Shown: piece by piece, positions 25,450-39,097 of the stretch
Position numbering within the stretch: position 1 is the first letter of the stretch
Layout of the letters: each line of letters opens with the position of its first letter
Origin: Haliotis rufescens
Taxonomy: Eukaryota
Direction of reading: 5' to 3'
NCBI RefSeq assembly: GCF_023055435.1
Contig: NW_025963846.1
Location: forward strand, 4,278,001 to 4,342,000
DNA length: 64,000 bases
Program-made: the position numbers and the translations under genes
Notes under the pieces: generated by a model
Told to the model about the DNA's origin: nothing
The model's input: only the letters and a program-made list of their open reading frames with translations
The model's database searches: none

Positions 25450-27610
25450 TACAAAGTATATCTATGGATAAAAACAAACAAAACTATTCCAGTGTCAGGA
25501 TGGCAATACATTTTTGTTGGAATTGTGTACGTTCGTGGGTTTACTTGAATCGACCATAAGTTTATGAACTGTGTGTATTAACATTGTGAATATGATATGA
25601 GTTGGTTATATTTTGTTTGAGGTGATGGAAATTTGGTAGGGAGTAGGGAATGTTTAATTTGGATATGTTTTGTTTTGTTACAGTTATAGCATGATTTAAA
25701 ACATCATTTAATCTTTCTTGATATCCTAAAAAAAAACTTTTGGGGAAAATTCTAGTTTTGTCTGATCCATTTTGCAAGGTTGATCACAATCAAATAACAT
25801 GTGCATTAAGGTTTGTTTTTCTCGTTTACAAAAATTTCAAAGAAATGATTTTTTGCTCAGCAACTCGTTTGTTAGTATAATATCTATGAATAATTTTGTA
25901 GGAAACGTTATACCTGATTAATGATATACGATTAATGATTTGGCAATCTTTTCCCGTCATTTTTTGGACAAGATCTAGTTCCCATCTTTAAATGTATTTT
26001 GGGGATGTCATATTGTTTGGCACCTTATTTATTGTATCATAAAATATTCTACACGTTATATTCTTCCCGTGTAATGTTTATAATATACCGGAGTGTTCCC
26101 TATTCTTATATTCGTATTTTGCCATAAAGGTTGTGATAATATATCTTCTTCCTCTTTGATAGAATTTCCTTGTTTGAAGCTTCCCCATGCATACAGAACA
26201 TCTTTCCAGAATACATTGGTCTAATCATTAATAACCGAACTATAAACTTGGCAGTTTTGCAGACAATCAATGTATGTTGGAGTTATATTATTAATCAAAA
26301 GAGTGGCAAGTTTAGAGTGTGGATGTGAATGGAACAAACGTTTAATCCAAGATGTCTTTTGAGCAGTGATTGTATGTTTAACAGCCGGCACTCTTATACC
26401 TCCCTCTTTATAAAGTTTTATTTCAATAGTTCTGCTGATTTTGTCTGGTTTATTTTTCCACAGAAAAGGAAAGCACGGTTTTTCGAGTTCCTTTATAAAT
26501 CTTTCACTTGGATTAGGTAGGATTGAGAAAATGTGGGTTAGTTTTGGTCAAATAAGACTTTTTAGTACAGTTATTCTACCTAATTGGGTCAGGTCATGTG
26601 CTAACCAAGTGTTCATGGTGCTTTTTATAGTTTAAAGTTTGTTTTTGTAATTTCCTTCTACCATTTCTGCCACATTATGAGTAAAAATAATACCGAGTGG
26701 AGTTAACCTTTTTTGGACCAATCTAAATTCCAACTTTTGCGAGCCTATCCACAACGCTTGCTTTTTGCTTTTGTTAACTTTTAGGACTGAAAAAGACGCA
26801 TATGTATAAAGAGTTGTTATTGTGTTTGGGGGACATTCTTCAATTCCATCTAATATGAGAGATGTTTCGTCTGCTTATTGGAAAATTAGATATTCTGTAT
26901 CATCAATACTTATTCCGCTTATTTTTATATAAGTGCGTAGCATTAATGCTAAACTTTCAGCGCATAACAAGAATATGAAAGGAGATAAATGATCACCTTG
27001 TCTATATCCTCTTGTTACTTTAAACATACCTGAAGGAAAACCATTTACTAAAACACTAGATTATATATCGTGATATATCCAGTGCTTAACTGAAGGCCTG
27101 AAGTTCAAACAGTCAAAGCTTCTTGAATGAAATCCCAATCTACTGAATCGAACGCATTTTAGTCTTTAAGTAATAACACTTCTGAGATTTCCATGCATTA
27201 AGCAAAGTTCATAATATCGTAAAATGATCTAGTGCGTTATCCAATGTTTCTTTTAGACATAAAACTTCTTTGATTTTCGTTAATTATTGTTGGCAGGACT
27301 TTTTAAATTCTATTTGCTATTGTGAAATTGGTCTCCATGTATTTAAGAGATGCCTTGGTTAGTGTTTTTTTAATGCTTGCTATTAGACACTGCTTTTGAC
27401 TAACTGATAATTCTCCTCTGGAAACCTAGATTCAATGATCGTATCAGATATTTATACAGATCTGGATCTAGAATTCTACAGTAAGCCCATCAGGGACCGG
27501 ACTTTTTTTTAATTTTCCATAATTTTAAAGACGTTAAAACATCGTCATAATGTAACTCACCTTTAAAGGTCTGATTGTGTGGCGTGCTTAGTTTTGGAAT
27601 ATTAAGGTCC
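25450..27610 (-). mobile_element. Decayed L1/Tx1-like LINE ORF2
   Basis: Minus-strand remnants of RGYRQGDHLSPFIFLLCAESLALMLR, ISGISIDDTEYLIFQ*ADET and FSVLKVNKSK; many stops. Confidence 0.75.
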
Positions 27611-28449
27611 TTAGACATATCACTTTTGGGACACTGGCGGCAATTTTTCAGCATAAAAGACAGTAGACGAAATAGAGTTGTGTTTTTATGGGCAGAAAGG
27701 CGTCAATCAAGGCAATGTAAGAACTGGAATTTATTGTACAGCTATTCAAAATATGAGAGCTTACTGTAAACGTTTGTATGCCTTATTCATATGTTTGGTG
27801 CACTTGACATAATTATTGTAGCAGATTTACTGATTCATGGTCTCAAAATATTGACACAATAATGTAAAGGTACGCACCTACTGCATGTTCAAAACTGTAT
27901 GTGATGTGAAACATTATGCTGCCCAGAATATGCCCAGGCATTACCTAAAGGTCCTGGCCAAGTTCAAAAGTTCAATGCAGATATCTGTTGGTGCAATGAC
28001 GCATATAAATATATAAAGGTCTTTGGTTGGCATATCGGGTTCGTGTTCGTAAATTGTCTTCTTCAGAATTTGAATTGCAGCTGCCATAGCTACTACCATA
28101 ACGTACTAATATCGGACCTGCAAACGCAGGCATGGCACGTACAGCACCGGGCCAGCCAACAAGTATCTGTTTTATATTTCCAGGTATCTCCAGCGCCAGT
28201 AAAAGTTAGATTTGTTTTGTATACAATAAATGTTTTTGAAACTTTCACGTTCTGATGTTGTTCCTGAGTTCAAGTCACAAGTTGTGACACGGTTCGTCCA
28301 CATTTATAGCAGTATCCTTCTGAACTAGTTATTTTGTTTTGCAGATTAATAACAGAATCAGTGGACACATCATCTGCAAATAAGAGCAAAAATATTTCAT
28401 CAATATCACAATCAGTGAAGAGTGTCATCACTCTTCATAACATTTACTA

Positions 28450-29350
28450 GTTCATCTATGTACATAATAAACAGTCACGGTGAAACCGCATGAGGTGTCA
28501 AATAAATTTGTACACTGCGAAGAACTAAGCATCACAGAAGCTTTAACTTTGCTATTCATACATTTAAGTACATTAAATACATTTCCATGGATGCATTGTG
28601 TAATATAGTAATTTTGTTCTTTCAACCATATCAAAAGTTTTCTTAAGATCAATGAACAAACAATATAAATGTACTTCCCTTTTTTCTTAGATAAACAAAT
28701 ATATGATCAATAGTCGAATGACTCTCTAAAACCAAATTGTGATTCTGATATGCAATATTAAAGTTCAAACACAAGAGTAAGTCTTGTATTAATTACTGAT
28801 GTTAAGATTTCCCCATAATATCTAGGAGTGTGATATCTCCATTATTATTTGGGTCAGGTCACCTTTTTTGCTTAAAGACAGTGGTAATAGGCCTATTATT
28901 ACAATCCTGTAGAAAATATCTCTCCTTTAGTACTTCATTAAAAAATTATCAATAAATAAGGCAATAGGAGTACATGATTCTTTAAATATTTCAGGTGTGA
29001 GACCATCCAGTCCTGGAGATTTCACAGTTTTCAGTTTCTCCATTGCATGTTTAATTTCTTCTTCTGTTATTACACCTCCTATTAATTCATCACACTGTGC
29101 ACATTATTCACAATTACCAATTTTTTTTATCTAGGATGTAATTCTTGACATATTCGTTGAACGCAGTATCTGATTCTATCTCTGGATTTAAAAGTGTCTC
29201 AAAATAGGTCAGTCATTCTTCTACTGATATATCTTGCCTTAATTGTTGTGAGATCCACAAAATGTCGCAACTAGTTTCCAGGTCTAAATTTGATATCTGT
29301 TTTTTAGCACTGTGGCAGCTGTTGGCAAACCATTTTGGTTGCTGGTAAAT
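28450..29350 (-). mobile_element. Decayed non-LTR retrotransposon fragment (endonuclease-RT linker and RT start)
   Basis: Minus-strand remnants ITEEEIKHAMEKLKTVKSPGLDGLTPEIFK and YNNRPITTV. Confidence 0.65.
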
Positions 29351-30239
29351 TATCTTGGTTGTGTTACTATGTATATATATAGTCTATAGTAGTTCCATAG
29401 GGTTGTGTAATCTTATCTGTGTTTTAAGGTTTTTATATTGTTGTACAGAAGGTGAGACTTCAATAAAATATATGTCTGTCTGTCTGTCTGTCTGTCTGAC
29501 AGGTCATGTACGCCGAGAAAAGAGGCGTCATTGGCTCAAATAAAATGCAGCAATATCTAGGTGTCTTTGAGTGTTTTTGTGACGGTAGCAAGTTGCAAAT
29601 ATATCATAAAAGTTCGAATATTAGCGTCCAATGGAGCTTACAGAGTAGACAAGGTAGAAGTTCCCATGTCGTTCGTGCGTTCGTGTGAGAGAGAAGTTTT
29701 ATGCCGCGGTTGGCACACTTCAAGCCATACCACTGCGGAGAACACCAATTATTCACACATTGTTTCCATATGGGGAATCGAACTCGGGTCTTAACAACTA
29801 GGCTGCCCCACGCACCTCGTGACGTAAGACCAGACAATGAGGTTTGGTGGTTGCAAAAGACGTGTTTTTCTGTAGTATATTCAACATTTTTACCCTACGT
29901 AAATATTGACTTAAACGTCTGTATTTATAGCATATTTAGAGACAATTTAACCACCGCGTTATTATTTATAGATTGTTTGACATGTTTTGCACATCACATA
30001 ATTATTGATTTAAACGTCGTTCTTAAAGTAGTTTATTATTTTACCTACGCCATTTGACCATCAATTTGTGAAATAGGTTCAAAATATTTTATCGCAAAAG
30101 AACACAAGTTTCCAAGACCTGGCTAACTGTGTGTCATAACACCGCGAAAGTCCAAATTAAAACCCACACTGTAGCTAAAATACAAGTCGCCTTGCTGTTG
30201 CTGTGGTACAGCAACGTATCGCAGTGAACCACCTTCATC

Positions 30240-30435
30240 ATCATTTGCAGAGGCTCAAACATAAAATCAAAATAAGGTTTGTGCTAGTTAAAACCGTGCC
30301 CTGTATCAAGACTACGAAGCAGCGTTGTGTGATCAAGTGAGCTTCTAGAAACCTATCCTGTTTGCTATCAGGGTTATAAGTAGGCCTGCAAGTCACTGAA
30401 GGTCCAGTCCTGTTCCCAGAAGTGATACACGACAG
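30240..30435 (+). promoter_or_regulatory. Putative promoter, TATA box (~30375) and short non-coding first exon of gene B
   Basis: Block conserved in inverted orientation upstream of gene C (50127-50300); TATAAG followed ~55 nt later by a cag|gtac donor; the coding exon starts right after an acceptor at 31181. Confidence 0.7.
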
Positions 30436-31182
30436 GTACCATCTTGATTTCTTACTTTCCTTACTCCTTGAAATATTACACTGTGACTTTGATTTTTAAT
30501 ATATTTTATGTCGAAACGTATTATGTTATTTACAGTTGCCCTCTAAAACGATATTAATTGTTTTCATTTTTGGGTTATTACAAATTACCAAATGTAATGT
30601 ATGTCTTGTGGATTTTCTGAACACAGTATATTTGATGGCGAAAAGAAGGTTTTTCACCTCATAATGAAAGCTGAGAAACAGAGACTTGATCTTTCATTTT
30701 GTGTAAAAGTGTATTCACACTGCTTGAAATAGACTTAACTAACAATGCGTGGATTACAATACGACATCGATTCCTGTAGTACCGTTATGGAAAGCTAGAT
30801 GATGTTTGAGGGAGCGGGAGCTATCAAGATACTTTTAAACATGTCGCTTTTCACTCGGATAATGTGATGTGTCATTTTGTCAGTTTTTGCGTGGAACACT
30901 TTCAAATTTTTATTTTGGGTCTTAAAACCACCGTTTACCGCCTGGACAGCCATTGCCAAGATAAAACATGTAATTTGTGACAACATTCGCCTCATTCGCG
31001 TCATGTTTGTCTTTGATGTCTATTTGAGTTAGGTATGTCCCAGCCGCATCAAGGCAAGGGACATGAATGATGGACCGTCTCTAAAGTGGGATTCGCTTGC
31101 CTGACGAACATAGCAGTCATTCCTTTCTAAAACCCAACACGGGCTTCACGTGCGATACAGCAAACTCTTTTTCTAATTCAGT

Positions 31183-34100
31183 ATGATGAAGTTCCTGATT
31201 GTTGCTTTGGTAGCAATGACTGCCGTCATTGCCGACCACCATCACGACTACAAAGACCCTTCTAAATTCGCCGACTGGCTGAAGGATGTGCAGAAGAGCC
31301 ACGAGTTCGCTCACATGACGCCAGAAGATAAGCTCCTCTACAGTCAACTCACCCAGGCTGCCGAACAGGGAAGTGCCGCCCTCACAACCTTCATCGATAG
31401 CCAGACCTTCGACAAGATTGTTGGCCTCATTGATCGTATGTTTATATGTTTGACCATGTGTATGCTCATGGACACTAATTACACACAACCATGGCTCAGA
31501 TGGACACTTATTACACACAACCATGGCTCAGATGGACACTTATTACACACAACCATGGCTCAGATCGACACTAATTACACACTACCCTGGCTCAGATGGA
31601 CACTTATTACACACAACCATGGCTCAGATGGACACTTATTACACGAAACCATGGCTCAGATGGACACTAATTACACACTACCCTGGCTCAGATGGACACT
31701 AATTACACACAACCATGGCTCAGATGGACACTTATTACACACAACCATGGCTCAGATATGGACACTTATTTCACACAACCATGGCTCAGATGGACACTAA
31801 TTACACACTACCCTGGCTCAGATGGACACTAATTACACACAACCATGGCTCAGAGGGACACTTATTACACACAACCATGGCTCAGATGGACACTGATTAC
31901 ACACTACCCTGGCTCAGATGGACACTAATTACACACAACCATGGCTCAGATGGACACTTATTACACACAACCATGGCTCAGATGGACACTTATTACACAC
32001 TACCCCGGCTCAGATGGACACTTAATACACACAACCATGGCTCAGATGGACACTAATTACACACAACCATGTCTCAGATATGGACACTAATTACACACAA
32101 CCATGGCTCAGATATGGACACTAATTACACACAACCATGGCTCAGATATGGACACTTATTTCACACAACCATGGCTCAGATATGGACACTAATAACACAC
32201 TACAATGGCTCAGATGGACACTAATTACACACAACCATGGCTCAGATGGACACTTATTACACACAACCATGGCTCAGATGGACACTTATTACACACAACC
32301 ATTGCTCAGATATGGGCACTTATTACACACAACCATGGCTCAGATGGACACTTATTACACGAAACCATGGCTCAGATGGACACTTAATAGACACAAACAT
32401 GGCTCAGATGGACACTAATTACACACAACCATGGCTCAGATGGACACTTATTACACACAACCATGGCTCAGATGGACACTGATTACACACAACCATGGCT
32501 CTGATATGGACACTTATTACACACAACCATGGCTCAGATGGACACTGATTACACACAACCATGGCTCAGATGGACACTTATTACACACAACCATGGCTCA
32601 GATGGACACTAATTACACACAACCATGGCTCAGATGGACACTTATTACACACAACCATGGCTCAGATGGACACTAATTACACACAACCATGGCTCAGATG
32701 GACACTTATTACACACAACCATGGCTCAGATGGACACTTATTACACACAACCATGGCTCAGATGGACACTTATTACACACAACCATGGCTCAGATGGACA
32801 CTTATTACACACAACCATGGCTCAGATGGACACTAATTACACACAACCATGGCTCAGATGGACACTTATTACACACAACCATGGCTCAGATGGACACTAA
32901 TTACACACAACCATGGCTCAGATGGACACTTATTACACACAACCATGGCTCAGATGGACACTGATTACACACAACCATGGCTCTGATATGGACACTTATT
33001 ACACACAACCATGGCTCAGATGGACACTGATTACACACAACCATGGCTCAGATATGGACACTAATTACACACAACCATGGCTCAGATGGACACTAATTAC
33101 ACACAACCATGGCTCAGATGGACACTTATTACACACAACCATGGCTCAGATGGACACTAATTACACACAACCATGGCTCAGATGGACACTTATTACACAC
33201 AACCATGGCTCAGATGGACACTGATTACACACAACCATGGCTCTGATATGGACACTTATTACACACAACCATGGCTCAGATGGACACTGATTACACACAA
33301 CCATGGCTCAGATATGGACACTAATTACACACAACCATGGCTCAGATGGACACTGATTACACACAACCATGGCTCAGATCGACACTAATTACACACAACC
33401 TTGTCTCAGATGGACACTGATTACACACAACCTTGTCTCAGATGGACAATAATTACACACAACCATGTCTCTGATCGACACTAATTACACACAACCTTGT
33501 CTCAGATGGACACTAATTACACACAACCATGGCTCTGATCGACACTAATTACACACAACCTTGTATCAGATGGACACTGATTACACACAACAATGGCTCA
33601 GATATGGACACTAATTACACACAACCTTGTCTCAGATGGACACTGATTACACACAACAATGGCTCAGATATGGACACTAATTACACACAACCATGTCTCT
33701 GATCGACACTAATTACACACAACCTTGTCTCAGATGGACACTAATTACACACAACCATGTCTCTGATCGACACTAATTACACACAACCTTGGCTCAGATG
33801 GACACTAATTACACACAACCATGGCTCTGATCGACACTAATTACACACAACCTTGTATCAGATGGACACTAATTTCAACGCCGATATAAGACCGAACGTG
33901 CGTTCGGGGCAATAGATTATTGTCCTCCTTTAAAACATTTTACCCATATTGAATATTTATATATGCACAGCAATGAATGTTATTATCAGTTCGGATGACC
34001 GACAATAGGCATTTGACAGGTAAACGTTTGTTAGACAAATAATCCCCCCAAACATATCAAACTCCAGATAATAAGATCAAACTCCAGAGAATAAGTATCG

Positions 34101-35517
34101 ATTCCTTACTTACAAACAATACAGAATCTGACAACCTATAACCCTATATCCCTCTCCACCATCCTCATGACGTTGAAATGTAGCACGCATGTATGATGTA
34201 TCTTCAGATTTCGACGATGACGACATTCCCCACTTTGAAGCGTACCTTGCCTTTGTAAGTACCGTGGTGTTTAGTCTGCTACCCATCATTAAGATCGTAA
34301 GAAATTATATATTGATATGCTGAACAATTGCAAAATTTGTACTTTTATCTTCAACGATCATGACAAAAGTTACATTATTCTGTTTCAGCACCTGCACGGC
34401 ACAATAACCGCAGCTGGCGTGAGTATATGTGCACCAACCTAAGTTTTTGTGGTTATAATTAGTCATTAAGGAAGACAAATAATACAGTATGTTATACCAA
34501 AGAATAATATCTAACCGTTATAACTGTGGTATATTTTAGTTATGATATAGTTTATATTTATATACTTTTATTGCATATTCTTTTGTTTTTTTTGGTACAA
34601 TCGAAATAGTAGAATTGTTAAAATAGCGTCCTACTGCTGGATGTTGATCATGATCATGTTCGTACCAACTATATTATAGTGTGTATTAAGGGGAGACGGG
34701 TGGGCATGTCCGTTGTGTAAAGACTGTTCAAATTGTGTACTCATCTGCCAGTTTATTTGGTTTTACAGACATTTGTTTTAACTTTGGATTCTAATATGAA
34801 GCTGTCCTACCAAGATATAACTAAACTACTGTTCAAACCAAACTTAACAACACACTTGGGGCACCCCACCCCATCATATACGTGCTGGGGCTGCCAATTG
34901 GCCCGGGTCTAGGCCGTCTATAAACTTAACTTATTCGATCAATTATTCTTCACGTAAAACCACGATGTTTCCTATCTTTGATCAGAAGCGACAGAGTGGC
35001 TCAGACCTGTTCAGTTTCCTGAGGGACCTTCACCTTATGCACAAGATCGAGGACGATCTCTCCCATTCTGACATGCGAGTGTTCTTGGAGATCATGTTCG
35101 CCGCTGAACACGACACTCTCACCCAATACATTGACAAGAAGGGCTACGGCCCCGTCCTGGACCTCATGTCACGTAGGTATTTGATGTACAACTGCTGTAT
35201 ACAGTGAGTAGGGATATCCAATATCTACCCAATCTCGTCATGGTCTTAGAGGACCGCCGCCGTGGTCTAGTGGTAGAGCGTCCGCCCGGAGAGCGGAAGG
35301 TCCGGGGTTCGATCCCCGGCCGCGTCATACCAAAAGACGTTAAAGGATGATACTTGTTGTTGCAATGTCTGGCGCTCGACATTAAGGGGCTAAACAAGGA
35401 CTGGTTGACTCGGAGTCAGTATACAGTGTCTGAGTGGGGTATTCATGTTAAACTGCGGCATGGTATCTCAGTGGGCTAGTACTATACATCGGCATCAGTC
35501 CGGACTAGTACAAGCAG

Positions 35518-35556
<39 letters not shown>

Positions 35557-37208
35557 GCTATATAGCTATATATTGCTATGCAATAATCTTCGACGCGACG
35601 TTAAACCCAATTTCACCTCACCTCATGGTCTTATAGAATGAGATTTCGAGAATTGCCACCTCTGCAACTAAGTAGGATCTGTATTGAAGATGAGAACAAG
35701 GGGACATCTCCCTACTCTTCTTATGTCACATTGACACCAGTAGAACACTATTTATTCGGCTTGCTCCATTTACTCTTTCTAAACTCTGTCCCGAACTCCC
35801 CCATTCACACTTCAGTATAACGCTACCCGGAAACTCTTGCAGTTGCTCTTCAATATAGCTATACAAAACCTCCTTCCGTTGCTCATCAATATAACGCTAC
35901 CGGGAACCTTTTCCAGTTGCTCTTTCAGTATAACGCAGTCCGACACCTCCATCTGTTGCTCTTCAGTATAAGGCTGTGTGGCACCTCTTCCAATTGCTCC
36001 TCAGTATTCCGTTGCCCGTAACGTCCTTCCGCTGCTCCTCATTATAACGCTGCCGGAATCTCCTGAATCTCCTGAATTTGGCTTTGAAGGGGACTCACGT
36101 CATTGTTCATATATATTAAACTTTTGTTGCAGAAATTGATAGCGATGAATCCCATGGCTTTGATCTGCTGATCATGAGGGTAAGGACACACATACATATT
36201 GTTTAAACACATTTATTGGATATTATATTAAAAAGGATTATATAGGACTTCCTCTATTTTACAACAGCACAGCAGGTTTTGGCCGTTTCACTATACATAC
36301 CACATGACGATGGAATAAAACAAACTTTTTTTGATATTACACAAAGTCATTATTAGTACTATTTACCTAGGTTCATTTATAAATCAGGATGGCACGTTCC
36401 CCACTTTAGACAGGACAATATAGCAGGACAGGAATTTCGTCTTCAACACTTTTTGTACAGTCAAACATGTTCTTTCTTCCATTGGGAGGCTGCTGTATCG
36501 TCCTGTCTCCAAGTGTATTGGAGCAGTGCCACACCCGAATTAGCCAGTGGGCTTCTGTGGGGTCGGGGGTTAAGACGTTTCAGGCAAACATCTTCTAGGT
36601 TTTTTTTAATGAATTTTGAAATTCCAATTTCTTTTCCTGTTTATGGTCTTGTTTATGTTTATATTTATTTCCACGAAGAAGTAGTTTGTGTGAGAACTAA
36701 CAAGCACACGATACAGTTATCCTAACATTCTTACATCAACAGCTAGTTCAACGGTCACATCTTCCCAGATGCCCCTCTCCTTCAACAAATACTGTTAACT
36801 CCGCGATGGCGTTTCCTGTCAAAATAAAAATCAGCCAGATTATTTTTCTTGCAGACAGGAACACATTGCTTTCATGTTACGTGAAACTTGAATAATCTGA
36901 ATACGATATCACACATTGTGCAAAGTAACCATAGACCAGGCACAAAGGTAAACCCATCACGAACGTACTTAAAGAAAGCTTTTGCAGTTCATTTTGTGTA
37001 TTTCATTCGACTCCAAGTAGGGAGAAACGGGAACATATGAATCAGAAGAGAAAGAAGATTGGTGTTGATGGAATTGCTAATTTGCCAGAGTCTGATTCCC
37101 TAATAATCGTTTATCTTTGCCGTATTTCAGCATCTGGAACATGAGGCTGCGATGTCACAAATGAAATCTACTGTCGGCACCAACGTTGTCAGCACAGTCA
37201 TCGTCTGA
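31183..37208 (+). CDS. Secreted two-domain helical pro-protein, paralog B (213 aa, unknown family)
   Basis: Exons 31183-31435, 34208-34254, 34389-34418, 34986-35172, 36133-36179, 37131-37208; GT-AG, 642 nt in frame. MMKFLIVALVAMTAVIA|DHHHDYKDPSKF...HFDDDDIPHFEAYLAFHLHGTITAAGKR|QSGSDLFSFLRDL...QIDSDESHGFDLLIMRHLEHEAAMSQMKSTVGTNVVSTVIV*. Confidence 0.9.
31467..33874. repeat. 32-bp minisatellite (atggacactaattacacacaaccatggctcag), ~75 copies, in the first coding intron of gene B
   Basis: Direct tandem repetition with 34-bp variants; explains the many repetitive ORFs at 31715-33388. Confidence 0.97.
35252..35622 (+). mobile_element. tRNA-derived SINE family C with internal (CA)n, specific to the gene B intron
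   Basis: A box gtggtctagtggtagagcg, B box ggttcgatcccc; TSD-like tcatggtctta on both sides; absent from the paralogous intron of C. Confidence 0.9.
35808..36060. repeat. Diverged 38-bp minisatellite in a gene B intron
   Basis: Reverse complement of the units at 22828 and 46735. Confidence 0.8.
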
Positions 37209-38499
37209 ACAAGTCCACTACATGGATAGTTCGCCTGCATCCTACATACTACTGGTAATAATATTAAGGTCATATTATGAACAGATGCTTGGTATGACAT
37301 TTTGTACTAGCCAATCGGTTGTGACGTCATGAACAATATATTATCTTCAATTGCTTGCGATTGTGCGTTCATCAGCCAATCGGCTTGAATCGACAATCAT
37401 AATGTTCTGTGAGAATGCAGAAAATACTTTCACCTATAGCCGTGCATATATCCATGAAAATGGCATTGTATAATCAGATTAGATTAGATCTGAGATGTAT
37501 ATGAGAGATGAAATTATAATCAGAATGAGGAATAAATTATGTTGTGCTTGGATGATGTTGTTAGGGATTTGAAAGTATAAAATGCCTCTAGTAAATGTTT
37601 ATTCAAATTTGTAATTCGATATAACTGTTTTCTTTGCAGATGTACCATTGGCAGTTGTGAATAAAATGAGTATAAAGATTGGTTTTACTTTTGTCAGTGT
37701 GTTCATCGGATGTCACTTGTGTCAGATATATCATTATAGTGGGGCGGTTAAGGCTGGATTTTAGTCAAAATTGTGCACTTTGGGTTCAAAGCACCAAACT
37801 TGGCACACTCATACATTGAAACATTCCGAACATTTCTGGATATGGATCCACCTCAGCAGCGCCACCTTGTGGTAGAAAATCCAAGATGGCTAAATCTTTT
37901 ATGACGTCAATTTATATTCAATATATCATCATTATTTTGTCAATTTAAGTCATTTATATAAATTTAATTGCGTCAATGTTGTATACAATTCAAATCTAAT
38001 ATGCAGCGCCCACTGGTGGCGAAGATAATCCAAGATGGCCGCCCAAATGACTTAATCTTCAAAAAATGTTAAATGTTTGTCCACAATATCAGTATCATTT
38101 GCTAATTGCAATCATTTTAATCAAATCTGGCTTTAAAACAATTCCAAGTAATGCTTTACTGAATATATAAGCTTTTGGTACTAAAATTCATTCATTTGAA
38201 GCAAGATCCGTATTCAGTAAGGCAGATCCGGGGAATATATTGGTACTGCATGAATTTGATTAAAATTCTGTAACTGAACTTGGAATGTGATAAAGATATT
38301 GGACCAGCACTGAAACATGCCTTTTTGATTCTGAATCATTAAGGCTAACTAAACGAGCAACACTTATCCACAGACGTGATTTAAGGTTGAAACAAACTTT
38401 TAGAGGAACATTTCCTTCTGACTGCCATAAACAGTATGTACCTGACTCTTTGAAAGCTCTAGTCAGTATGAAATAAAAATCTTCGAGCATTAAAAACTA

Positions 38500-38667
38500 C
38501 AGTAAACTACGGTTATAACGAACTTAAAGGGACCACTAATTTTAGTTCGTTGTAACCGTAGTTCGTTATAAACATATATACACCATATATACAGCAAATG
38601 GCTTGGACCATAAAAAACAGTTCCGCCAGTTCGTTATAAGCGTGTTCGTTATAAACGTAGTTTACTG
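38500..38667. mobile_element. Tc1/mariner-pogo type MITE nested in the transposon
   Basis: TIR cagtaaactacggttataacg / cgttataaacgtagtttactg; TA TSD. Confidence 0.85.
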
Positions 38668-39097
38668 TATCTCAGAACATCTTGTCTTCAAAGCGTGAAA
38701 TCTCGGTGCACCAGCTCATCAATACAAAGACACCATTGAGACCGAGAAATACAAATCCCAGGTTACTTGGTATTAAAACAAGAAAACGTGATCTTGTTGA
38801 CCCATTTCAAAATATGGTGTATTTGAACAGATATAGCACAGTTTGCGGTGTTTATGAAGACGAAGATGTGGTATACCCACCAACATTCTCAAAAGATAAC
38901 ATCTATCATAATCCCTGCTCTACAACAGCAACATATCCACTTAATGGTACCAACATTTCACTATTGCAGCAGCGTTCAACATCTGAAGAGGAAGGAACAC
39001 CACATGCTGTTCTTTTGGCTGAAACCACACAAACCAGGGAAACCATTTCCAAACAGCCCGCAGTATATACTAATGTACCCCCATCCTGTTGTTGCAA

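Noticed and set aside
31243-31266. His-tag/FLAG-like peptide HHHDYKD suggesting a synthetic construct
   Set aside because: Natural variants occur in the paralogs (HHDYTN in A) in genomic intron context; coincidence
31436-33874. Repetitive ORFs extending gene B exon 1; superficially CRISPR-like array
   Set aside because: The conserved donor at 31436 (same position in A and C) makes this an intron; the units have no unique spacers and there are no cas genes
35252-35325. Possible tRNA genes (also 24480-24553, 39101-39210, 60270-60344)
   Set aside because: They continue into SINE bodies with tails and TSDs; no complete cloverleaf or poly-T terminator
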